Assembly (NCBI GenBank): GCA_942493375.1
Contig: OW818698.1
Span: forward strand, 1,813,455 to 1,877,454
From: Abditibacteriota bacterium
GTDB taxonomy: Bacteria; Armatimonadota; UBA5829
Length of the DNA: 64,000 bases
Direction of reading: 5' to 3'
Below are positions 18,781 through 27,879 of the stretch, one piece after another. The first letter of the stretch is position 1. Every line of letters begins with the position of its first letter. The notes beneath the pieces were generated by a model. It saw only the letters and a program-made list of their open reading frames with translations, was not told where the DNA came from and searched no databases. Both the position numbers and the translations under genes were made by a program.

Positions 18781-20316
18781 CTAAGACAATCCCCCATCAT
18801 GGAGTTCTATTTTTATTGGTACAAATTTTTCAACCGCATCCGAAGCTGCTTCAAATGATGCAGACTGCGCACGGCCCTCTTTCAACCAGTCCCTTAGCAT
18901 AGTTATTGACTCAGACTGGGAAACAGATAGCGGGACCTGGCGGCTGAGAGCCAGAAGGATGTCGTCCGTATTGAACTCCCTGTGTTCATTAAATGCCAGA
19001 TACATAGCCTCAATAATAGACTGCTCTATCTCAGCCCCAACATATCCCTCTGATGCCTTCGCGCACCGCTGGCAATCAAAATCCTGAGGGATCCTGTTGC
19101 GTTTGCGCAAGTGTACAGTGAAGATTTCCTGACGCTCCTCCAAAGTCGGCAGGTCAAGGAAGAAAACCTCATCGAACCGCCCCTTTCTCAGTAGCTCCGG
19201 AGGTATAGCCTGGATGTCATTGGCAGTTGCAACTACAAAACACGGAGCAGTCTTCTCCTGCATCCATGTCAGGACCGTCCCGAACACCCGGGTACTGGTC
19301 CCGCTATCATTTCCACCGCAGGCCAGTGTCTTTTCGATCTCATCAATCCATACGATACACGGGGCCACAGTCTCTGCAATTCTTAGAGCCCGCCTGGTTC
19401 GTTCCTCTGACTCACCGACCAGACTCCCAAACAGCGAACCAGCATCCAGTCTGAGCAAAGGCAGTCTCCACAATCCGCCGATCATCTTGGCTGTCAGGCT
19501 TTTTCCTGTCCCTGGAATCCCAATCAGTGCAATTCCCTTGGGTGCAGGCAACCCATAATCCCGGGCTTCCTGGGTAAACGCACGTTCCCGCAGCCTGAGC
19601 CATTCTTTGAGAACTCCCAAACCACCAACATCGTCCAGAGTCTCAGTTATGGAATAAAACTCCAGCGCCTCGCTCTCCCTGATGATCTGTTTCTTCTCCT
19701 GGGTAACAAGCTCAATATCGGTATCATCTAACTTGCCATCGCGGACGATTGCCTTAGCCAGTGTCCTCTGAGCCTGACTGGCGGAGAGACCTATCGCAGC
19801 CTGTAGCAATTTCTCACGTCCAAGAGCAGTCAACTGTAGTTTTAAACCAGGTGTCTGAGTCAGACGGTCCAGGACTGCGCTGAGTTCAGCCACATTAGGC
19901 AGAGGGAAATCAATTATTACCGTTTCATCTTTGAGCTCGGGTGGGATTTTTGCAGAAGGTGCCGTAATAAGTATGGACTTACGGGTAAATTTGAGTTTCT
20001 GAGCCACACTTCGCAGTTTGCGTTTTATGACAGCATTATCCCAGCACTCGTGGAAATCCTTGAGTATGACCAGAACATCCCCATCGAGTTTGTCGACCTG
20101 CTCCAGTGCGGATTTGGGATCTGCTGCAGAAGGAACCGAACATGAACCGGTAAGCAGATGGAACCCTTCGGCCACGTCCCACATCAAACACGGACGGCCC
20201 ATGCGGTCACAGGCACACTTGATTGTCTGCAGGACCCTCTCCTCCTCAGGTGACACCAGGACCATCAGTGTGAAACGTGCGCGCAAATATACATCGAAAT
20301 CCTGCTCAAAACTCAT
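18781..20316 (-). CDS. AAA+ ATPase (classical CDC48/FtsH-clade single AAA module) with a ~250-aa N-terminal domain
   Basis: Walker A 'GIPGTGKS', Walker B 'CIVWIDEIE' and a second region of homology 'VVATANDIQAIPPELLRKGRFD'. Confidence 0.8.
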   Translation of the reverse strand: MSFEQDFDVYLRARFTLMVLVSPEEERVLQTIKCACDRMGRPCLMWDVAEGFHLLTGSCSVPSAADPKSALEQVDKLDGDVLVILKDFHECWDNAVIKRKLRSVAQKLKFTRKSILITAPSAKIPPELKDETVIIDFPLPNVAELSAVLDRLTQTPGLKLQLTALGREKLLQAAIGLSASQAQRTLAKAIVRDGKLDDTDIELVTQEKKQIIRESEALEFYSITETLDDVGGLGVLKEWLRLRERAFTQEARDYGLPAPKGIALIGIPGTGKSLTAKMIGGLWRLPLLRLDAGSLFGSLVGESEERTRRALRIAETVAPCIVWIDEIEKTLACGGNDSGTSTRVFGTVLTWMQEKTAPCFVVATANDIQAIPPELLRKGRFDEVFFLDLPTLEERQEIFTVHLRKRNRIPQDFDCQRCAKASEGYVGAEIEQSIIEAMYLAFNEHREFNTDDILLALSRQVPLSVSQSESITMLRDWLKEGRAQSASFEAASDAVEKFVPIKIELHDGGLS

Positions 20317-20320
20317 TAGT

Positions 20321-20905
20321 TCATTCTCCAGTTATCTGTTTAAAATCGAGCGGGTCAATACCGGTGATCATTATCTGCCCATCATCAGATATTATCACTT
20401 CACCAGAAGGGATTATTGCCAGGTCATTTATACTATATCTATCAGTCAGGAAATGGACAGTCTGGTTAGTTGATCCTAACAACCCGGTTGATGAGCGTAA
20501 AGCTTGTTCATACCGTCCAGCAATCAGTACGTCCACACACGCCAGCAGCTCATCCGAATGCTGCATCCTCGATATCTCATCCCAGCTATATCCGGTAAAA
20601 AGCAGGATAGAGAGATCCGAATGTTTTTTGATATAGCCAAGGAAACAAGTCAACGCATCGATCTGTTCAAGAGGTTCACCACCACTTATGGTTATTCCCT
20701 CTATGGAATCACCAAACGAAATAACTCGATTACATAAGTAACTAACTGTAACACGTTCACCAGAATCAACCGGATGCGTTTCCGGATTGAAACAGCCAGG
20801 ACAATTGAGTGAGCACCCCTGTACCCAGATAACACACCGGCACCCGGGGCCGTTGGAATCACTCTGTGGAATGAAAGCATGCAGTTGCAGGTAGATTTCA
20901 TCCAC
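20321..20905 (-). CDS. Radical-SAM activating enzyme, NrdG/PflA-like (4Fe-4S single-cluster domain)
   Basis: 'VIWVQGCSLNCPGCFNPETH' is the CxxxCxxC variant typical of anaerobic RNR activases. A 'GGEPL' motif is present. 194 aa. Confidence 0.65.
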   Translation of the reverse strand: MDEIYLQLHAFIPQSDSNGPGCRCVIWVQGCSLNCPGCFNPETHPVDSGERVTVSYLCNRVISFGDSIEGITISGGEPLEQIDALTCFLGYIKKHSDLSILLFTGYSWDEISRMQHSDELLACVDVLIAGRYEQALRSSTGLLGSTNQTVHFLTDRYSINDLAIIPSGEVIISDDGQIMITGIDPLDFKQITGE

Positions 20906-20908
20906 AGA

Positions 20909-21115
20909 TCAGAACCCCTGCTTCTGCCAGTCCTGAACAGTTTCCTTTGCAGTGTCGAGAGCTTCAGCAGTCATCTCCCTTGATTCAACATCTCCCCCGA
21001 GAGCCTGCTCCAATTCAGCAGTGAGATCAAGGCAGGTTGTACCTTTAGCTCCATGCACCGCCACCCTGACCTGTCCATTTGGTTCGATTATGACTTCTAT
21101 TTCCTGTACGTCCAT
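20909..21115 (-). CDS. DUF2997-like small protein
   Basis: 68 aa. The pattern 'IEVIIEPNGQVRVAVHGAKGTTCLDLTAELEQALG' matches my memory of the DUF2997 family. It lies 4 nt from the radical-SAM gene. Confidence 0.45.
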   Translation of the reverse strand: MDVQEIEVIIEPNGQVRVAVHGAKGTTCLDLTAELEQALGGDVESREMTAEALDTAKETVQDWQKQGF

Positions 21116-21182
21116 TATGTCCTCACACTCAACTGTTTAGCGCGCATTATTCATGATTGACGCGCTTGGTAAATAAAGCGGG

Positions 21183-21617
21183 TTAGGCGGTTCTTCGCAG
21201 TACCAGCCGGATACGTTTATCACTATCCACATCTTCAGACACAAGAGAGAATCCCTGTTCTTCCAATTTGGCCATTGCTGCATGATAGGCATAGCGCTGG
21301 GCAACTTTCTTCGTAAAATCCACCTGACCCACGCCCTTAACACCCCACCAGTCAGCCACAATTTCGTATCCGTCATCTTGTTTCTTGAAACCTATGTCAT
21401 ATCCACCTTTTCCTGTAGATACTTGAATATCCACAGGGGTTCGTATCAAACCAAAAGTTCTGATTTTACCTTTTTCTACAGCAGTATAGCCAAGATCCTT
21501 AATTGCAGCTAATATGTATGCTTTCTGAACCATTCGTGTCTTTATTCGGGCAATATGAGACATTTCGCGCACCTCGATGCTAACTACCGATACAATAACG
21601 TATTTTCTATTCTGCAA
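21183..21617 (-). CDS. DUF1257 (Ycf35-like) family protein
   Basis: 144 aa. The architecture is typical of DUF1257 proteins, which pair with DUF2997 and AAA+ genes in cyanobacteria. It is the first gene of the minus-strand operon, with a divergent promoter region at 21618..21822. Confidence 0.45.
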   Translation of the reverse strand: MQNRKYVIVSVVSIEVREMSHIARIKTRMVQKAYILAAIKDLGYTAVEKGKIRTFGLIRTPVDIQVSTGKGGYDIGFKKQDDGYEIVADWWGVKGVGQVDFTKKVAQRYAYHAAMAKLEEQGFSLVSEDVDSDKRIRLVLRRTA

Positions 21618-21822
21618 CAGTAACTATTTCGCTAAAAGACAACTTGATACCTCCATGTGGTGAGTGAGAACGTTGCTATACATGTTCAATAGGACAATAT
21701 TGAACCGGATGTATCATCGAAACTTGCAGACTGTTTCAGGATATGGTATAACTCGAAAATCTTCATAGTCTATCCCAAGTGGATAATCCAAGCAAGGAAA
21801 TGCCTGAATAGGACGGTATATC

Positions 21823-23340
21823 ATGCAGCCTGCGACAAATGTCCATTTTCTGTTTTCATGTGTCGGTGTATGTGTGCTGGGACTCATTTTGTACAATAAT
21901 GTAGTCCAGGCAGCTGCCAAACCCCTGAAGGATATCCCAGACACTAAACCAGAAAGTAAAATACATTTCTATCCTGGACCCAATCTATTTGTTGACGATT
22001 ACCTGATAGCCTCAAGTAATGGACTGAAACGCACTACCCACCAGCCTGTAAAACTACTTGATCCGGTTATTCCAAAAGCTGAGGCCTGGCACTCCCGTCC
22101 GTTATTCTATGTCGATGTTCTATTCGATTCGGCAATGCAGCGTTATCGAATGTGGTACAATATCGGATTTAACAGCATAAAGCCACAATTTTGTTTTGCA
22201 TATGCGGAATCAGTAGATGGTATAAGGTGGACTAGACCTAACCTCGGACTGGTGGAGATAGATGGATCAAAGAATAACAACGTTATAAAAGCACCATTTG
22301 AACACGCTTCTTTGTTCTTCGTGGATGATGGTCCGAAGTGCAACAATCCCTCTCGCAGGTATAAAATGGCATTCACTGGTGATGGACTATGGGTAGCCTT
22401 TTCACCGGATGGTTACCACTTCACCGAATATCCCGGTAATCCTGTAATTCCAATGCACGCCAATACTGTACCAATTGGTCAACCGGACTACATTAACAAC
22501 ATTGGCGATATTGTAGATGGTTGCTGGGATCCTCTCAAGAAGGAATGCCTTATTGGTTGCAAGATTGAAAAGACGGGATTCCCAGGTAAACCAAGAAGGC
22601 ACTTTGAGGGTTATCGCAGGTGTGTAGGAATGACCACCAGCAAAGACTTCATCAACTGGTATAGACCCCGGTTGCTCTTTACTCCGGATCCTGCTAATGG
22701 AATGGAAGAATTCTACGGTTTCAAACCCATGATTAGAGGTAATCTGTATCTGGGATTTATGCGGGTCCTGCGAGATGATTTAGCTGCAGATAGTGTCAAT
22801 CCCCTGGATGGCATTGGCTGGACGGAGCTTATTACAAGCAGAGACGGTTTGAAATGGACACGTTATCAGGAGAAATTTCTGGATCGCAACCTCACTAATA
22901 GTACCTGGGATCACGCAATGGCGTGGTTTGGAGATTGCATAACTGTGAAGGACAAAGAGTTTATATACTACGGTGGCTACTCATCTGGACATAAAACAGG
23001 TGACCGACAGATCGGAATGGCGATGCTTAGAAAAAACGGTTTCGTATCTCGTGATGCCGGTAAAGAAAAAGCTTTGTTAAAAACACCTGTCGCTGTAATA
23101 CCAGGCTCTAATATGACAGTCAATGCAAACATCCACGGTGAAATGAAAATACGTATTGTGGACGTCAATGGTAATGCGTTGCACGGTTACGACTGGAACG
23201 ATAGTATCACCCTCCGTGGTGACTCAGTATCTCATCGCGTAAAATGGTATGGTAATCCAAAATTGCCAGATGGCCAACCTGTTAGCCTTGAGTTCAGCCT
23301 TCGGGATACTGAACTTTATGGATTCGATTTTACAAACTAA
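21823..23340 (+). CDS. Secreted beta-propeller glycoside-hydrolase-like protein (GH43/GH130-superfamily-like)
   Basis: Signal peptide. Repeated 'W..Y'/'DG' blade-like blocks ('RMWYNIGF', 'GDGLWVAFSPDGYHF'). 505 aa. Confidence 0.4.
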   Translation: MQPATNVHFLFSCVGVCVLGLILYNNVVQAAAKPLKDIPDTKPESKIHFYPGPNLFVDDYLIASSNGLKRTTHQPVKLLDPVIPKAEAWHSRPLFYVDVLFDSAMQRYRMWYNIGFNSIKPQFCFAYAESVDGIRWTRPNLGLVEIDGSKNNNVIKAPFEHASLFFVDDGPKCNNPSRRYKMAFTGDGLWVAFSPDGYHFTEYPGNPVIPMHANTVPIGQPDYINNIGDIVDGCWDPLKKECLIGCKIEKTGFPGKPRRHFEGYRRCVGMTTSKDFINWYRPRLLFTPDPANGMEEFYGFKPMIRGNLYLGFMRVLRDDLAADSVNPLDGIGWTELITSRDGLKWTRYQEKFLDRNLTNSTWDHAMAWFGDCITVKDKEFIYYGGYSSGHKTGDRQIGMAMLRKNGFVSRDAGKEKALLKTPVAVIPGSNMTVNANIHGEMKIRIVDVNGNALHGYDWNDSITLRGDSVSHRVKWYGNPKLPDGQPVSLEFSLRDTELYGFDFTN

Positions 23341-23527
23341 TCGGCTTTTTTATTGTCGCGACCCCAATAACGCTCTTTGCCATTCCTATGTGGGGACTTA
23401 TGTATGCCCTCTTTACCTGTCTCCCGGGAAGGACTTAACACACTCTCAGCGGAAGTGGATTGATAGTAAACAGGTATGGGTGAATAGTTTGAATACTAGA
23501 TTTGATGTGACCTCTGTTGGGTCTACT

Positions 23528-24454
23528 ATGATAAGGCTTTCTGTTGCTTCCGGTGAGAGGTTGGAGACGGCTGCTGAGTTTGTTGTCAGAACTGCGGGGA
23601 CGGAGTCTAATGCGATGGTGGCTCTTTCCCGGATGGGAAAACGGACTGCCTGGGCCTCGCAGTTGTGTGGAAATTCTTTGGGTAAACGTATAACCAATGA
23701 CATCGGACACTTTGGAGTCGATACATCGAGTGTGATCTGGACAGATACAGGGCGCAATGAAGTTTTCTTCGTGGAGTATGGAGCAAGCCCCAGGCCTATT
23801 CAGGTGATATATGACAGGGAACATTCTGCTGTGTCAGTCATAGATTTCAATGAGCTGGATTTGGATTATATACTGGATACCAGAGTGCTGCACATGACTG
23901 GTATATTCCCGGCTCTTTCTGAAAAATGTGCTGATGTGACGAATAAACTCATAGACGCTGCACATACCGCAGGCGTGAAAGTGTCATTCGATGTCAATTA
24001 CAGGAGCAAACTGTGGAGTGTTGAAAAGGCCTGCAGCGTGTTGAGTCCAATGATGAATAAGGCTGATATCCTTTTAATAACTCGCGAAGACGCAGAGTCA
24101 GTCTTTGGATTCTCTGGATCTCCTGCTGAGATTGTGATGAGTATGCATGCAAAATATTGCCCGGAAATTGCTGTGCTGACACTTGGCGGTGATGGTGGAG
24201 TGGCATTTGATGGTACAGAGCTCTATAACAAAGGCGGATACACAGTCGAAGTGCGGGATAGGCTCGGAGCTGGGGACTGCTTTGCTGCCGGAGTATTGTG
24301 CGGGTACCTGGAAGGGTCAATCAAGACTGGAATGGAGTATGCAACAGCAATGGCTGCACTTAAGATGGGAATCAATGGGGACTACTTTGTCTCTGATAAA
24401 AATGAAGTAATGGCGCTTATCAATTCAACAGGAGGGCGTGAAGTTGGCAGATAA
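23528..24454 (+). CDS. kdgK: PfkB-family sugar kinase, 2-dehydro-3-deoxygluconokinase-like
   Basis: 'MIRLSVASGERLE...AGTESNAMVALSRMG' matches the KdgK N-terminus. The PfkB signature 'GAGDCFAAG' is present. The ORF-track start at 23249 overlaps the upstream gene, so the true start is near 23489 (TTG) or 23528 (ATG). Confidence 0.7.
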   Translation: MIRLSVASGERLETAAEFVVRTAGTESNAMVALSRMGKRTAWASQLCGNSLGKRITNDIGHFGVDTSSVIWTDTGRNEVFFVEYGASPRPIQVIYDREHSAVSVIDFNELDLDYILDTRVLHMTGIFPALSEKCADVTNKLIDAAHTAGVKVSFDVNYRSKLWSVEKACSVLSPMMNKADILLITREDAESVFGFSGSPAEIVMSMHAKYCPEIAVLTLGGDGGVAFDGTELYNKGGYTVEVRDRLGAGDCFAAGVLCGYLEGSIKTGMEYATAMAALKMGINGDYFVSDKNEVMALINSTGGREVGR

Positions 24455-25091
24455 AGGCTTAACCAATACCGAATCGGTATATGATCAAATCCGGGCAGAG
24501 AAGATAATTGCCATTGTCCGAGGTGTCGATGCTGAGACCGTTGTAAATGTCGCTGAAGCCCTATATGCAGGTGGATTGAGACTGCTGGAGATAACATGCA
24601 ATACTCCGGGTGTTATGGGGATTATACAACAAGTATCTCATGCAATGGACGGCAGGATGCTTGTCGGAGCTGGAACAGTAATAACTGAAGACCTGGCAAG
24701 ACAGGTGCATCGTGCCGGAGCAAAGTATGTGCTTGCTCCTGATGTAAACCCACAGGTGATCAAATATTGCCTGGCAAACGATGTAGCAGTCATCCCTGGA
24801 GCAACAACTGCAACCGAAGTCCTGACTGCCTACAGGCATGGGGCAAAGATCATCAAGCTGTTCCCTGCAGGCGCTCTTGGAGTAGATTATATAGAACAAC
24901 TCAGAGGCCCCATCAACAAGATCGACCTGATAGCTGTTGGAGGAGTAGAACTAAGCAACATGGCAAGTTTTATAAAAGCAGGCTGCATAGGCGTCGGACT
25001 GGGCAATTCCCTGATAAGAAAAGACCTGGTAGCATCCAGCAACTGGCAAGACCTCACACAATTGGCAAAGGAGTTCAAGGGAGAATTATGA
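24438..25091 (+). CDS. eda: KDPG/KHG aldolase (Eda)
   Basis: 'IIAIVRGVDAE...LLEITCNTPG...KLFPAGALG' blocks are typical of Eda. The start overlaps kdgK. Confidence 0.85.
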   Translation: MKLADKGLTNTESVYDQIRAEKIIAIVRGVDAETVVNVAEALYAGGLRLLEITCNTPGVMGIIQQVSHAMDGRMLVGAGTVITEDLARQVHRAGAKYVLAPDVNPQVIKYCLANDVAVIPGATTATEVLTAYRHGAKIIKLFPAGALGVDYIEQLRGPINKIDLIAVGGVELSNMASFIKAGCIGVGLGNSLIRKDLVASSNWQDLTQLAKEFKGEL

Positions 25092-25270
25092 GTTATGAAT
25101 TATGAATTATGAAAAGGGAAATGCTGAAGTCCGTATTCTTCATTCATAATTCAACAGTCATCCTTTTCCGAAAGAGTGGTTCTGGGGAGAATTATAAGGT
25201 ATGAGTTATGATTGATGAAAATGGAAAATGCCGAAGTCTGATTTCATAATTCATAATTCATAACTCATAC
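25083..25270. repeat. AT-rich heptamer tandem arrays (TGAATTA)n and an inverted copy
   Basis: 'gaattatgagttatgaattatgaattatgaa' is followed 90 bp later by 'ttcataattcataattcataact'. Related arrays occur at 41855..41889 and 52091..52177. Confidence 0.6.
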
Positions 25271-25290
25271 TTTCCCCAAAGGGTGTTTTT

Positions 25291-25800
25291 ATGGAATATT
25301 TGAAAGCAAAACTTATTGCTGCTCTGGTGCGGCATTTCGGAGATGATTACCGACGGATCGATCATGCTCTGCAGGTTACTGCATGGGCTGAGATGATCTG
25401 GGAAGCTGAGGGGGGAGATTTTGATGTTGTGCTGGCAACTGCCGTGCTGCACGATGTCGGGATTACAGAGGCAGAACGCCTGCACTCCTCAAGCGCTGGG
25501 CCTCTGCAAGAGCAGTATGGACCTGCTATTGTAAAACCCATACTGGAAGAGATCGGGTTGGATGAAGACAAGATAAAGTTCGCCTGCTCAATTATCGGAA
25601 GCCATCACACATCAGGAGCCTTGAAGAACATTGAGTTCATGATAATGTGGGATGCTGATATGATGGTCAACCTGGAAGAAATAGTTGAGCACAAGGATCC
25701 CGAGCAGATGAAACGGGTAATAGAGCGCAGCTTTGTTACAAAGACCGGCAGAGAATTTGCACTGGAAGCCTATTTACATGAAGAAGAAACAATGGAGTAG
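25291..25800 (+). CDS. HD-domain phosphohydrolase
   Basis: 'LHDVG' and 'GSHH' motifs. 169 aa. Confidence 0.7.
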   Translation: MEYLKAKLIAALVRHFGDDYRRIDHALQVTAWAEMIWEAEGGDFDVVLATAVLHDVGITEAERLHSSSAGPLQEQYGPAIVKPILEEIGLDEDKIKFACSIIGSHHTSGALKNIEFMIMWDADMMVNLEEIVEHKDPEQMKRVIERSFVTKTGREFALEAYLHEEETME

Positions 25801-25809
25801 ACATACACT

Positions 25810-27306
25810 ATGTTGTTTAAGCCTGAGAAGACCAGACTCTGGGACACATTCATACTTGAGCATGACAGTAAATTCTACCTGTTCTATCTGTCGCTGACGG
25901 AAAGAGCGTGGGACGGATATGGCCTGGCGATAAGTGATGACTTGATCCACTGGGAGGACCGTGGACTGATTCTTGAAGCTGATCCTGACGTGATCGGAAT
26001 GGGTTCCGGCAGCGTCTGGCGTGCTGGTAACCGGTGGATTCTGAATTTCTCATACGGTGAACAAGGCTCGCAGCGGATCTACTTTGCTGAGTCAGACGAC
26101 CTGCTGACCTGGCGCAAGCTGCCAAAAGAGATTATGTGTGCTCCCGATCCCCAGTGGTACGAATGCACAGGTGTAGCGAGCAGCACCAATGCCCGGTGGG
26201 ACAACATATGGGCAGTTCCGCAAGAGGATGGATCATTCATCGGTTTTGTGGTAGCTTCCGGCAAAGACGGTCCAGCAGGAGCGAATGGAGTTGCAGGAGT
26301 TGTCTCAAGCTCAGATGGTGTGCATTGGGTAACTGAAAAACCAGCTACAGAACCTTGCGGAATGGTCTGGGCAGAAGCGAGTTGTTATTTCAGATTTGAA
26401 GACAGGCACTACCTGCTTGTCGGCTCAACAACCGGACTCGGTCCACGCTTTGACCCCATCTACAATTCATCCGGAAAAGCTGGTGGGATGTATGTGATGA
26501 TGTCTGACTCCATCCGTGGTCCCTATAAACTGGTCGATGGCGACCCTCTTCTGCTTGGCTGCCGGAATGCTCCACCTAACTGGGCATATATCCCTACTTA
26601 CTATGCCAGGATCCTTGAAACCGACGGTCAATATCTACTGTATCACCACTGGATGCCCCGTGCGGATTTCCTGGACTCGTGGCTTGGGACTATGAAAGTA
26701 ATGAAGGAAGACGCACCAGGCAGGCTTTCTCTGCACTATTGGAATGGGAACGATAAGCTCAAAGGTGATCTGATATTCGACTTAATAAATACCAACCAAC
26801 TAGTCACTCCATCACCACAGCCAATTCGCGCGTCCAGTTGGGTATCCTCCAGCGGCAAATTGACAGGCCACACCGACAGCTCAGCGCTTGCCTACTATGA
26901 ACTCCCGGCAGACTATTCCTCAGGCGTTGTAATTGAAGCTGATATCAGTATAAATGGCCCGGGAGCAGCAGGGATTTTCTTTGGGATAGATGAACAGACC
27001 GACGACAGGCCTTATGAGGGAGTTGCATGCCTTGCAAACAGCCAGGGGCTATACGAGTTTGGCAGAGTCACATCCGGAATAGCCGGTCCCACATTTATGG
27101 CCGAAAACCACATCCTTCGCGATGTCCCTCAGAATACAACAATGAAATGGCGGATATTGCTGCGGGATGAGTTTGTAGAGTGGTATGTGGACGATCAGTT
27201 AGTCCAATGCTACGGTTTCTCCTGTCCGGCCTCGCGTAATATTGGTGTATTTGCAGAACGATGCCAGGTTGAACTCAACAATCTGACAGTCCACAAGTTC
27301 GCATAA
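25810..27306 (+). CDS. Intracellular GH43/GH32-superfamily-like beta-propeller fused to a DUF1080-like (concanavalin/jelly-roll) domain
   Basis: 'WDTFILEHDSKFYLFY' and 'DLIHWEDRGLIL' propeller blocks, with a C-terminal lectin-like domain. No signal peptide. Confidence 0.45.
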   Translation: MLFKPEKTRLWDTFILEHDSKFYLFYLSLTERAWDGYGLAISDDLIHWEDRGLILEADPDVIGMGSGSVWRAGNRWILNFSYGEQGSQRIYFAESDDLLTWRKLPKEIMCAPDPQWYECTGVASSTNARWDNIWAVPQEDGSFIGFVVASGKDGPAGANGVAGVVSSSDGVHWVTEKPATEPCGMVWAEASCYFRFEDRHYLLVGSTTGLGPRFDPIYNSSGKAGGMYVMMSDSIRGPYKLVDGDPLLLGCRNAPPNWAYIPTYYARILETDGQYLLYHHWMPRADFLDSWLGTMKVMKEDAPGRLSLHYWNGNDKLKGDLIFDLINTNQLVTPSPQPIRASSWVSSSGKLTGHTDSSALAYYELPADYSSGVVIEADISINGPGAAGIFFGIDEQTDDRPYEGVACLANSQGLYEFGRVTSGIAGPTFMAENHILRDVPQNTTMKWRILLRDEFVEWYVDDQLVQCYGFSCPASRNIGVFAERCQVELNNLTVHKFA

Positions 27307-27442
27307 CCATTGCCCGCATTATTTATGATTAACTCAGCTTTTGCCCCTACTACCGGGTAAAAGCAAAGCTTGGTGAATAAAGCGGGCTAGCAGGAACATC
27401 AATAGTCCGGGCGTAAGTAGACATTAGCATATGTTTATTTGT

Positions 27443-27480
27443 GTCATTCTGAGCCCCCAAGTTGGGGGCTCAGAATGACA
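27443..27480. repeat. GTCATTCTGA-family palindrome (short copy)
   Basis: 'tgtcattctgagccccc aagtt gggggctcagaatgaca' is a perfect hairpin. Confidence 0.6.
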
Positions 27481-27494
27481 ATATTCCCATATTA

Positions 27495-27586
27495 CTCCTT
27501 CGAAAATAGAATATTTTCGTCCCTTCGTAGCGAGTCCGGCAGGTTTTCGCTGCAGGCGAAAATCGAGAGGACTCATGCTACGATTC
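27495..27586. repeat. 92-bp structured repeat element, copy 1 (possible small RNA or MITE)
   Basis: Identical over 92 bp to 57124..57215. Three nested hairpins: cgaaaata/tattttcg, ttttcgc/gcgaaaa and gtagcgagtcc/ggactcatgctac. Confidence 0.6.
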
Positions 27587-27879
27587 CTAAGTAACACGAC
27601 AGTTGTTACTTCATTTAGATAACTCGAAACCCCGAGTGGGCTACTGAACTCTTACGATAGAGAGTGTTTTGTGCTTCTCATATTATGATATCAGGAATAT
27701 TTTTCAGTTGAGGCATATAAGATGACTTAGTTGATGAATGTGTTCTTGCATTGGGCGATAATGCAGGAATCATTTCAGAGAAAGAAGAAAAGGACGTTAT
27801 TACCAAGATAGAAAGTAAATACCCATTCAGTTCTTGGGGACGCAAATATTGATAATTATCTGGAAACTAGGTGAATAAA

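Noticed and set aside
23249-23527. Upstream extension of the kdgK-like ORF
   Set aside because: It overlaps the 3' end of the preceding gene by ~90 nt and lacks similarity. The KdgK-like N-terminus begins at 'MIRLSV'.
25083-25270. Possible CRISPR array
   Set aside because: The units are 7-bp tandem repeats without spacers. There are no cas genes.
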